DNA of 43,573 bases from Octopus bimaculoides (taxonomy: Eukaryota), in contig NC_068983.1 of NCBI RefSeq assembly GCF_001194135.2, forward strand, positions 10,119,484 to 10,163,056. The letters run 5' to 3'. Under the pieces are notes generated by a model, which saw nothing but the letters and a program-made list of their open reading frames with translations, did no database searches and was not told where the DNA came from. The number at the start of each line of letters is the position of its first letter. Position 1 is the stretch's first letter. Below, piece by piece: positions 10,691 to 21,240 of the stretch. The translations under genes and the position numbers were made by a program.

Positions 10691-12951
10691 CGTGTGTATG
10701 TGTATCATTAACATTAAACTGCAGTATCTTGACTAGGAGACCATTTCTGCACAGTAAATTACAAGAAAAGGCGGAGAAAGAATTTGATACGACGTATCAA
10801 TTCTCAAAGACTGTTATAGAATGCAGAAAGAATGTCTAGATGTTTCACAGGGGCAAACTTTCCCGATAGTAAGAGTGTTGAAAACAAACATATGCTCTAG
10901 GCCCCATGCTGTGTTACACAGAGACTTTCTACAGAATTTGCACTTTCTGTATCACATACAGTCGTAGTGGAAAGTACATGTATGCAATTTGAACGCTGTA
11001 TACAATATTTACAGCTTTCAGCTTATATACTGTTTGTATAAACACTCAGTGACTATTTGATTGAGCTCCACTATTTGTGTTGGGTGTATATGGATCATGA
11101 AGCTACTTTGTCAGTCGATATGGTCTTCTGTTTATGCTTAGGGCTTGTGTTTGTATGTTTAATTGGTGCCTGAATGGTTTAGCTCATTTTGCAATCATGA
11201 GGTATCGGTTTCGATCCCACTGTTTTTGCTAGATACACTTTAAGGTCTTTAGGAATAGTACCGTTGAATTAATATATGGCTGTCAGTGTTACGCAATAAA
11301 CTGTCGTATACAATTCTACTTTTTTCTTATTCATGCCTGGGGTGAATTCAGAATGGTAAACTAGTGAAAAAAGAGAAAAAAATGGTAAAGAAACTTAAGA
11401 ATAGATGGTTACTATGCGGAATTGTATCAGTAACCCAAAATATCTATAAAATTCAATTTTAGTTGCATTATTTTTAACATTTTTCTTGTCCATTTTACTA
11501 CATAATATATATATACAAGGCATATTTCCTTGGTGTCCATGCATCGTACATGGAACTTATGAAAGTGAAGGTTTATAAAACTCGGAGCGTATCAAACCAA
11601 GGTCAACTAAAAGTTAGCATTGGACGTTTCGAACAAACTTATGGCATTGCTTTGGACAGTAAATTTTTCAAGTTGGTATACCGTTAGAAGAAAACTAACA
11701 TTTTCGACGACTACTTTGTCGGAAGAAGAAAAATAAAGTAAGAAAATAGTGAAGAATTTGTCTGCGAATATGTTGGAGAGGAGCAATTGGAGAAAGAAGA
11801 GAAATGAAGAGGGAATGATGTTGATAGTGTCAAGAACAAGGAGGGAGGGAATATGCTGATCAGGGAAAAATAAGGATAGAAATTATTCGGTCCGTAAACA
11901 ATTTCACGGTCCACCCCAAATAGAGACATGCATGCACGCAGAGCCCCTTACATATAAAGTGTATGTGTGGTGTATATATGATCACCTACATGCACACACA
12001 CATTTATGACGCCAAATACTTGCAGAGCTTTCGTCCGTCAACGTTGATCATGCATCTGCATATAAAGAGTAGACGAGCTGACTGGGTGGACTCGGGGAGT
12101 GTGTTACCCACAACCGATTGAGGACATTCGCGATCAAAGAAACAGAACCGCGTCTCTTCGGATTTGATGTTGAATTTCAAACCGGAGTTGCATAACCGTC
12201 GAAGTGTGACGAATTGAAAGGTTAGGACAGCAGATTTGATAAGTAAATGTGAGAGTAGGAAGAAGAGTGGAGATAGTAGTTGGAGTCAGTGCACTTGGAG
12301 GGGACAGAGGCTGCAGTTGTCGGTAATGACGGACGTGTGAGAAACGGTGGAAATGAATTGTGGTGAGATGAAAGACGTTAGAGTAAGAGATGGAGCAACC
12401 GAGTTGAACTTTGTAGAGTGGATGAACCTGAAGCTGTCATTAATATACAAAGAGGGCGATCTTTCGATACCAGTACCAAATATCGGCCTTTTCCGTAAAA
12501 AAGTGTCTTCGGCGATCTTTACCAAAGATCGGCCTTTTCCGTAAAAAGTGTTGGAGGGAAAGAGGGAAACGACGTCGTAAAAGCGAAAGAGATAGAGAGA
12601 GCGCGATTTCTTTTGAAGTTGGCGCTGGTGTGTGTATTTNNNNNNNNNNNNNNNNNNNNNNNNNNNNNNNNNNNNNNNNNNNNNNNNNNNNNNNNNNNNN
12701 NNNNNNNNNNNNNNNNNNNNNNNNNNNNNNNNNNNNNNNNNNNNNNNNNNNNNNNNNNNNNNNNNNNNNNNNNNNNNNNNNNNNNNNNNNNNNNNNATAG
12801 GGGGAGAGATAGGGGGAGAGATAGGGGAGAGGGGGAGAGAGATGGGGGAAAGACAGAGAGGGGGAGAGAGAAAGAAAGAAAGAAAGAGAGATAGATAACT
12901 GAAGTTATTTTTAATTCTGGTAATTTTTCAGATTAATACCCGCACGATATT

Positions 12952-13573
12952 CACTAGGGATTTTAGGGTTAGGGTTTTAGGGTTAGGGTTACGGTTAGGG
13001 TTACGGTTAGGGTTACGGTTAGTTTGGTGTAAAATAAGACCAGTTGCAATATCAATAGCGACTCAACCGATTTGCTAAAACTCAACTGGGAAGAAGCAGC
13101 TGAGACAAAAGAAATAAAGTTCGATTGGGCAGAAAAGGACGAGATGGTGTTGGATTCCTGTCGGGAACGACACTCCAGAAAATGTATTAGGGTTGAGAAG
13201 CCATCACTGTGAAGATGACTATAAAGTGATTTTGCATTTATGGTAAAGAAAAATTTAAAGGGTCAATAGGAGAACTTGAACGATTTGAAAAGGTTTAGGG
13301 CAGGGTTAATTTAATAAAATGTGGAAAGGTAAGGCTGAGACAAGGGATGACTTCTTTTTTTCTGTTTTTAGAAATCTGAAGAGCAGTCCGGTTGTATTGC
13401 AAACGATATAACATCGGATTTCTGTATTTTAGAGAGGTTTAGTGTGTTTACGATTATAGTAGTAGCATAAGCGGTACTGCTTAAATACAGAGGTCCCGAC
13501 GCATCTACGTAACCCTAACACATTATTGGTCACAGATTTGAACCCTAATCCCTAAAACTAACCCTAACTAGTG
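12952..13573. mobile_element. Unclassified 622-bp element with CACTAG/CTAGTG termini and inverted telomeric-type (TTAGGG/TTACGG) subterminal arrays
   Basis: Left CACTAGGGATTTTAGGGTTAGGGTTTTAGGGTTAGGGTT; right end reverse-complemented CACTAGTTAGGGTTAGTTTTAGGGATTAGGGTT. No clear TSD. Confidence 0.55.
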
Positions 13574-13853
13574 TGCACTGTAAAGACATCGTTACGTCGA
13601 TGTGTCCGCATAAGAGAAAATTCTTGCTCGATTTCGAAGATTTTCTGCTGGCTGCGATTAGTAAAAATCTTTACGTAGCTTTCTGCAGAAGAGAATTGTT
13701 TCTGGTGAAGCAAATTTCTCGTTATATGCACGAACTCGTATTCTCAAATTTTCTTCCCATCTCCATGAAATAACCTTACCATTACCACCACTACTACACT
13801 GTACTTTCAAAACCACACAACAGAAATTAAATTTTTACAAGAGTAATACTCAC

Positions 13854-14047
13854 CGAAACTATTATCCATAGAATAAAACTTTAAATTGAATCCTTTGTAG
13901 CTAGTACCAAAGTCCGACTTAAAGGTAATCCTCACTTTATTGGTAACAGATTTAAAATAAACAAACATCTTGCCACAAAATGTTTGTTTATCGCTGCTCT
14001 TTGAATTGTATGTGTGGCCATAGTCTTCTATAACCAACTGATCAAAA
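13854..14047 (-). CDS. Internal exon encoding the C-terminal half of a CUB domain (secreted or membrane CUB-domain protein)
   Basis: FDQLVIEDYGHTYNSKSSDKQTFCGKMFVYFKSVTNKVRITFKSDFGTSYKGFNLKFYSMDNSF has CUB hallmarks D-x-L-x-I, FCG, S-x-x-N-x-V-x-I-x-F-x-SD and GF-x-L-x-F/Y. Acceptor ttttatttatttttcaattacag| and donor G|gtgagt; 194 nt, phase 2 to phase 1. Confidence 0.88.
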
Positions 14048-14134
14048 CTGTAATTGAAAAATAAATAAAATAGAATTATTTTTAAAAAATCAACAATTTG
14101 TATCATGTACTGGCTTAGTCTTGGGAGGAATGTA

Positions 14135-14362
14135 TTGGGTTGTCCGGAAAGTTCGTGCCGATTTTTAAAGGAAAGAAAAAGGTCAATAAATACTTGCCAT
14201 TACATTTTTAATCAACCAAATGTGAACTATGTTGTTGCACAATGCGTCTCCATTTTTCCTTTAACTTGAAAATACCCTCTTCCCAGAATTGAGGTGGTTT
14301 CATGGCAAATAGGTCAAAAGGTAAGCTACTATAAATCGGCACGAACTTTCCGGACAACCCAA
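14135..14362 (-). mobile_element. Internally deleted mariner element (MITE)
   Basis: Perfect 30-bp TIRs TTGGGTTGTCCGGAAAGTTCGTGCCGATTT with TA on both sides. 14208-14309 encodes the mariner transposase C-terminus FAMKPPQFWEEGIFKLKEKWRRIVQQHSSHLVD*. Confidence 0.95.
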
Positions 14363-14503
14363 TATTTAGCAATATCTCAGACTCGTGAAGACTAGGCTTT
14401 TTTTTTTTTAAGGTAGCCTTTACTCGCCTCGCCGTACCTACATCACTAGGTTATGAGAGTGTTTTTTTCGGAGTTAAGTATCACCTAATGCTCCGGGATA
14501 AAC

Positions 14504-14654
14504 TATGAGCAAGATGATTGGATAACATCCATGAGATCGATTGGTCTCGCTTGGGGATCCATCAGTATAAGTTGGAGACCATAGGAGCCGATGGATTCTT
14601 CCCCAACGACCTCCCAGGAATAAGTGGGCGAAGATGAGATACGATGAGAAGAGC
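14504..14654 (-). other. Ambiguous coding-like segment: candidate upstream CUB exon, or a LINE RNase H remnant in another frame
   Basis: Phase 1-to-2 frame SSHRISSSPTYSWEVVGEESIGSYGLQLILMDPQARPIDLMDVIQSSCS would join the CUB exon in frame, but the donor GTTTAT is weak. Another frame reads WSPTYTDGS..YPG, an RNase H-like motif. Confidence 0.25.
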
Positions 14655-15058
14655 CTAGATATGCAAAATGACAAGCCTATTACGGTTAAAATGCTTTATG
14701 TCGCCGATCTACGCAATTAATTCTGGCCGACGACTAAATATCGAAATGAAAATCGAACACAAAAAGCTTCTGTCAAATTTCATTACTTACTTGCAGTCGC
14801 TTTCCAGGCGAAAAAACGTTGAATGGATAATAACGAAGAACGGTTTGGGAACATGTATCACCCAAACGCATTCCGCGTTTGCTGGGTAATCATTAGGATA
14901 GTTCGGACTTATGATTGAACCCGCTGTCTCTCGGATCCTCCCCCCACATTTCACTGAAAGAAGAAAAAAGAAGCCATTGATTAGATATGGTAAATTGAAT
15001 TACGTTCGTAAGTCAAAAGAATAATTCGAAGATTTAAGAACGGAAAGTTGATTATGTT

Positions 15059-15232
15059 TGGTAGCGTAGCTGGCTGAGAAGGGCAGCCTATTCCGGGCGA
15101 CGCTGTGGTGGTGGTGGTGGTAGTAGTGATGGGGGGCACTTTTGGGTCTGCTGTATAGGCCATATTTTTGTTGGGGTGGGGAGGCAAACTCAAGTGCTAC
15201 TTCGGGTGGCATGCACTCGAGCTACGCCACAG
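15059..15232. mobile_element. MITE with (CAGT)GGCGTAGCTAG-type TIRs (Harbinger-like), family also at 25793 and 37066
   Basis: GTAGCGTAGCTGG...CGAGCTACGCCAC; shared core GGCACTTTTG.GTCT.CTGTATA.GC. Confidence 0.7.
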
Positions 15233-15294
15233 ATTACGTTCTTTACTGTGAAAAACATTCTCTCACACAAAAGAACGAATGAATAAGCATTCGA

Positions 15295-15480
15295 CTTTTA
15301 GAAATAACAGCCAAATCTCCCTTAAATCACACCCGGTCGTCTTTAAAACAAAAGATACATTAGATGATGTAATATTCGATACGTCCGAATAAAAGATTGG
15401 ATAGTCACAGCTGGAAGGACTTCGCCAATAGGCCTACTGGTCCAAGATTGATTTGAGGTTAAATAACTAGAACAATGAGT
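15295..15480 (+). repeat. Interspersed repeat family F (..CTAGAAATAACAGCCAAATCTCCC..), also near 19880, 22262, 24240 (minus) and 29715
   Basis: The same motif recurs at five positions in the window; class not determined. Confidence 0.7.
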
Positions 15481-15730
15481 CTCAACCATTTCTTTTTTAA
15501 CCTACGGACTTCTTTGATTCCTATTTTACTCGGGTGGATAATCATAGCCAATTGGTGTTTATAAAATCCTGTTTATATTTTTGTAATAAGAATTGTATAC
15601 CAAAAAATTGTTTAAAATATTTTGTGTGTTGTAGAAGTATAACCAATTTTATTGCACATCAGTTTTAATAACAAAATCTTATACGAACCCCCAAGGGTCA
15701 TATGGAGTAGAACAAAGAATAATTTATAGA

Positions 15731-15898
15731 CAGGCGTGGCTGTGTCGTAAGAAGCTTGCTTCCCGGTCACATGGTTCCGATTTCAGTTCCACTGCGTGGC
15801 ACCTTCAGCTAGTGTCTTCTACTATAGCCTCGGGCCGACCAAAACCTTGTGAGTGGATTTGGTAGGTGGAGACTGAAAGAATCCCGTCGAATATATAT
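15731..15898 (+). mobile_element. SINE family A, head
   Basis: Matches the family A head. Confidence 0.88.
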
Positions 15899-15900
15899 TC

Positions 15901-16025
15901 TTTTACTTGTTTCAGTCATTTGACTGCGGCCATGCTGGAGCACTGCTTTAAAGGGTTTTAGTCGAAGAAATCGACCCCAGGGCTTATTCGTTGCAAGTCT
16001 AGTAATTATTCCATCAGTCTCAAAA
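15901..16025 (-). mobile_element. SINE family A, tail (5'-truncated, ends in a fold-back)
   Basis: TTTTACTTGTTTCAGTCATTTGACTGCGGCCATGCTGGAGCAC.. Confidence 0.88.
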
Positions 16026-17004
16026 GAGACTGATGGAGACTGAATCAAGGGGAGTGGTGTTTGATATACAAAGTCTGAATTTAAAAATAAACAAACGATG
16101 ATTGTTACGGTGGGATGAGTTAGACCAAAGGTCAGCTCATAGATGGCTGAGGAGGGCGAGCCATCACTCTCATTACTACCTCCACAACAAATTCCTCGAT
16201 TTCAAATATCTACCAATGAAATAAAATGACCTTGCGATGTGCATGATATGAGCTGAAAGATTAACTTAGGGACGCCAGCCGTATTAAAAAAAAAACACAG
16301 CTAAGCTAGTGTTACTGTATTATTTAGAATTGTGCTTATAGTGGAATTATTAGTTATGTTTAAGCTGGCAAAATCGTTAGCGTGTCGGATAAAATGGTTG
16401 GTGATATTCGAATTCGGATGTCCTGACTGGATTCGAATTCAGAACGTAATGGAAAGTAAGGAATTATCACAAAAGGTGTAGTCCGATGCTCTACTGATTC
16501 TAATTGATCAAAAATTTAAAGAAAAGATACTGCTCAGATGTGATTATTTCTCTGTGAAGATTAGATTTTGTGTAAAGACGCTCTCCACCACTACGACTAT
16601 TTATATCTTAAAGAAATAAAAGAGAGACGACATCGTAATTATTCTGATTCATGTAGTCACTGTCCTAAAAAACGAACAAAGAGAAGGATTTCGACACACT
16701 TGGCTGTTGTTAAAAGCATTTCTCATGCGTTTGGTATGTCAAGCATGCAAGCTTTTCTCTCAAATTCAACCGGAACGAACCAGATATGGAAAGCTTTTGA
16801 TTCTCGTGAAATATCCCCTAACATTTACGAGTCATTTCTCAAATGTCATTGGTCTACAATGATATATAAAGTTCATTTCAGACGATAAATACACAATTTT
16901 CCACTCGAAAGATTTCGAAAAATGAAAATCTTTTCCTTTTCTATATTTTTATTATCGATTCTTGTTTTCCATGTTTATTTGATCAAAAGCAGAAACCTTA
17001 TGCC

Positions 17005-17039
<35 letters not shown>

Positions 17040-17040
17040 T

Positions 17041-17210
17041 GCCATCGCCACCCTGCTTTACAACCGGTGTTGGTTTTTTACATTCCTGTATCGCGGTTCG
17101 GCAAATGAAATCTGATAGAATTAGTACCACACTTAAAAAATAAATACTGGCGTCGATTTGTTACGGCAGTGCTCCAGCATGACTGCAGTCTAATGACTGA
17201 AACAGGTAGA
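17041..17210 (+). mobile_element. SINE family A, diverged tail
   Basis: ..GCGGTTCGGCAAA..GATAGAATTAGTAC..GTGCTCCAGCATGACTGCAGTCTAATGACTGAAACA. Confidence 0.8.
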
Positions 17211-17451
17211 TACCTTGAGATGTTTGTTTCGACTCTGTGCGTTGCGGGTTCAAATCCTGCCTCTTGCTATGTGATAAGCATGAGAAATGCTGCTGCACAT
17301 GCCCATGTATTTCAGCTGGTCAATTTCAGAACCAACACATTGACTGGCAGGGAAGAATGCGATGAGACTTTCAAGTCCTGTGCTCAGTGACGCATCTAAC
17401 TGTACATACAAGAAATACTAACATGCATACATAATATATGTTGTGTATATT

Positions 17452-17768
17452 ATCGCGTGGCTTGGTGGCTCGGGATATTTGGCTCACAATCGCAACGTCG
17501 TGGGTTACATTCCCAATGTGCTTAAGCAAGACAGACGCTTTATTTCTCGTAACTCCAGCTCACTCAGCTAGCAAAAATGAGCTATACTTGTAATTCAAAA
17601 GCCAGGTTTGTCACACTTTGTGCCACACTGAATGCCTCTGAGAACTACTTCAAGAGTACACGTACTTGTGGAGTGCTTCACCATTTGCAGGTTAATTCCA
17701 CGAGCAGAATGTTCGTTTGATCGTATCAACTAGAACACTCGTCGTTGTAACTGACGGAGAGCCAGGCA

Positions 17769-17770
<2 letters not shown>
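17452..17770 (+). mobile_element. SINE family C, diverged full copy
   Basis: Head similar to 19-165; tail GTAATTCAAA..TTGTCACAC..GAGAACTAC..GTGGAGTGCT..CACGAGCAG matches the tail of 26801-27187. Confidence 0.8.
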
Positions 17771-17820
<50 letters not shown>

Positions 17821-18733
17821 NNNNNNNNNNNNNNNNNNNNNNNNNNNNNNNNNNNNNNNNNNNNNNNNNNNNNNNNNNNNNNNNNNNNNNNNNNNNNNNN
17901 NNNNNNNNNNNNNNNNNNNNNNNNNNNNNNNNNNNNNNNNNNNNNNNNNNNNNNNNNNNNNNNNNNNNNNNNNNNNNNNNNNNNNNNNNNNNNNNNNNNN
18001 NNNNNNNNNNNNNNNNNNNNNNNNNNNNNNNNNNNNNNNNNNNNNNNNNNNNNNNNNNNNNNNNNNNNNNNNNNNNNNNNNNNNNNNNNNNNNNNNNNNN
18101 NNNNNNNNNNNNNNNNNNNNNNNNNNNNNNNNNNNNNNNNNNNNNNNNNNNNNNNNNNNNNNNNNNNNNNNNNNNNNNNNNNNNNNNNNNNNGTGTGTGT
18201 GTGTGTGTGTGTGTGTGTGTGGCAAATGGAAAACAGAAGATAATATACGAAAATTTATTATTAATCATGACAATTGTTTCGACAAATCTAGCATCGATCC
18301 CTCATTGGTGGGACACTCAACAACTGGTTCAGGAGCATCCGGTGGTGCAGATGTATCTCGTCGAGTGATAGATAAATACAGCTCTTTAAAAGAACAGTTC
18401 TGCAATGTAACTTCTCGTTTTGCAGAAAGAAAAGCAGCCAGACGGAGGAAATATGTTCATTTATATAGAAGATCAAAAGTAAAATCACAGATGGAAAAAA
18501 GAGAAACGAACACGTACTAATATTTTTCAGACATATATTTTTCGACACTATTTTCATTCAAACGCAGCTGATGCTTGAAAGAGACAGTGGCAGGCAGACG
18601 GATGTCTGGGTCTGAGGGAGGCTTGCGTTGCCAGATGCTGCCATAGTTATCTTTCGCGCAGCTGCCCAACGTCCGAAAATCGATTTTTTTTTTGTGTGGT
18701 CGTAAGTGCGGATGGCCGTAAGTCGAGGAGAAG

Positions 18734-18924
18734 GTATATATATATGTGTGTGTGTGCGCATATATATATATATGTGTGTGTACGCATATATATATGTATG
18801 TGTGTGTGTGCGCATATGTATATGTGTGTGTGCGCGCATATATAATATATGTATGTGTGTGTGCGCGCATATATATATGTGTGTGTGTGTGCGCGCATAT
18901 ATATATGTGTGTGTGTGTGCGCGC

Positions 18925-18963
<39 letters not shown>

Positions 18964-19148
18964 CATATATATGTGTGTGCGCGCGCATATATATGTGCGT
19001 GTGTGCGCGCGCATATATATCTATGTATGTGTGTGTGTGCGCGCATATATGTATGTGTGTGTGTTTGTGCGCGCGCGCGCATATATATGTGTGTGTGCGC
19101 GCGCATATATATATTTGCATATATATGTGTGCACACGCACACGCACAC
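18734..19148. repeat. Compound minisatellite of (AT)n(GT)n(GC)n blocks
   Basis: About a dozen reiterations of ATATAT-GTGTGT-GCGCGC; almost strictly alternating purine-pyrimidine. Confidence 0.95.
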
Positions 19149-20027
19149 CACACACGGATGTTGTTTGATTTCATTAATTTTACATACACATATGTTCGTG
19201 AATATCATATCATTGTACTTGTGTCTGTATTATGCTTCCGTTTAATGTCTGTGCATAGTATTTATATAATGTATGTGTGTCGTGTATGTATTATTCATTA
19301 TCAACATGTACGGAAACGTGACAGTGACCAGGTCATAGATGTAATAGGGGAAAGCTCTTTTGACGATTTACACCATACGATGCTATCGCTAAATAAAGAG
19401 AAGTGTATGTAACTGTCATACGTATATTCTAAATGTCTATCATAACTGTTACATGATGTAATTATCTAAAATTGTGTGTGTATGTGACATTTTCGTGCAG
19501 AAAAAAAGACGTTTGTTCGTTCTCAAGGGATACATTGTCGTGAATAGTTATGTAATGCAATTCCGTTGTTGCGTTGCTTCCGTAGATTTCTTGTTACAGC
19601 TGTAGGTTTCGGTGACGAATTGTCTTGCAAAAAGACAACAGAACACTTGTCTTTTATGTTGAAGAAGATAAGCAGTGGAAATTGGAAACTGTGAGAACCT
19701 AGTTGTAGACGACGTGTTTGGAGTACAAGGCTTACTAAACACACTCAGGAAAAAAATATATAAACAGCGACAACGAAGACAGAGATGACAAACACCACAC
19801 CCAACCTTTATACAACAGCAGAAGAAGAGGGAGAGAGAGAGAGAGAGAGAGGGCTAACAAGGAAACCTCCAGACGGCAGCTTAGCCTGCTAGAAATAACA
19901 GCCAAATCTCCTTCAGATTATTCTGAACAACTTTAGTCTAGACCGACGATATAGTCATTTCATAATCGTTTGATTTGCTGAAACTTGTAGCCAAATTACC
20001 CTCAAATTTCGCCCTACTCTCTTCGCT

Positions 20028-20368
20028 TTCCAACCACACGGATTTTGGTTTCAATCCTACTGTATGGCACCTTCGGCAAGTACCTTCTAGTATAACTCCT
20101 GGTGGACCAATCCCTTGTGAGTGAATTTGATAGATGGAAACTGTGTGGAAGCCTGTCTTGTGTGTATGTGTGTGTGTGCCTTTGTGTTTGTATGTCTCTC
20201 CACAGTAAAGGAGCCCTGTAATCAAGCAGTTCGGCCAAACAGATGGAATAAGAGTACCACACTTAAAAAGTTAAGTACTGAGTTCCATTATTTTCCGACT
20301 AAACCCTTCAAAGGTGGTGCCCCAGTTTGGTCGCAATCCAATGACTGCAACAAGTGGAAGATAAACAA
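20028..20368 (+). mobile_element. SINE family A, old diverged copy
   Basis: Recognisable head, microsatellite and tail with many substitutions. Confidence 0.78.
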
Positions 20369-20429
20369 ATAGGCGCATTCGGGGTTGAGCAACAGCAGCA
20401 ACAACCAACTGACTTACAGGGTAAAGTAG

Positions 20430-20645
20430 GGCTTTTCTACTCTAGGCACAAGGCCCTAAATTTTGGGGGAAGGGGCCCAGTCGATTAGATCGAACCTAGT
20501 ACGCAACTGGTACTTAATTTATCGACCCTGAAAGGACGAAAGGCAAAATCGACTTCGGCAGAATTTGAACTCAGAACATAAAGACAGACGAAATACCGCT
20601 AAGCATTTCGCCCGGCGTGCTAAGGTTTCTGCCAGCTCACAGCCT
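20430..20645 (-). mobile_element. SINE family B
   Basis: Near-complete reverse-complement match to the family B consensus seen in this window. Confidence 0.92.
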
Positions 20646-20812
20646 TAAGTAGGGCTTGATATAGCCTGCCTGAAAACAGACGGGAATCGTCGTCTGTTTT
20701 GTAATAGATCTACTCGACAATGGGTTAATCTAGGAGTGGCGACTACTAATTGTAACCATTACAGCATCAACCCGTTGTTAATGTTAGTGTTAACGTATTA
20801 ATTATAATGCAT

Positions 20813-21030
20813 AAGGCTACGAGCGAGTAGAACAGTTAGCACGCCGGAGAAAATGCTTAGCAACATTTCTTCCGGCTCTTTGCGTTCAGAGTTCAAATTC
20901 CGCCAAGGTCAGCTTTGCCTTTCATCCTTTCGGAGTTGATAAAATAAACTAACTATTGAACACCAAGGTCAATGTAATCGACTTCACTCTCTTCGCAGGA
21001 TTACTGGCCTTGTGCCAAAATTTGAAATCA
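20813..21030 (+). mobile_element. SINE family B
   Basis: GGCTACGAGCGAGTAGAA..GTTCAGAGTTCAAATTCCGCC..GCCTTTCATCCTTTCGG..GGCCTTGTGCC. Confidence 0.88.
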
Positions 21031-21033
21031 TTA

Positions 21034-21210
21034 AAGCGGCGAGCTGGCAGAATCGTTAGCATGCCAGACAAAATGCTTAGCGGCATTTCTTCCGGCTATA
21101 CCTTCTGAGTTCAAATTCCGTCAAGGTTGACTTTGTCTTTCGACTTTTCGGTGTTGATGAAATAAGTATCAGTGGAGCACTGGTGTCGATGTGATCAACT
21201 AACCCCCTTG
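21034..21210 (+). mobile_element. SINE family B
   Basis: AAAGCGGCGAGCTGGCAGAATCGTTAGC..; directly follows the previous copy. Confidence 0.88.
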
Positions 21211-21240
21211 TGCTTATAATAGAAGGAAGTACGTATTCTA

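Noticed and set aside
12955-13025. True telomere or chromosome-fusion scar
   Set aside because: The arrays are short and degenerate, paired with an inverted partner 500 bp away, and separated by unrelated sequence rather than directly joined.
15731-16025. Twin-priming inversion of one SINE-A
   Set aside because: The head abuts the 3' end of the inverted tail, not its 5' side; two separate insertions fit better.
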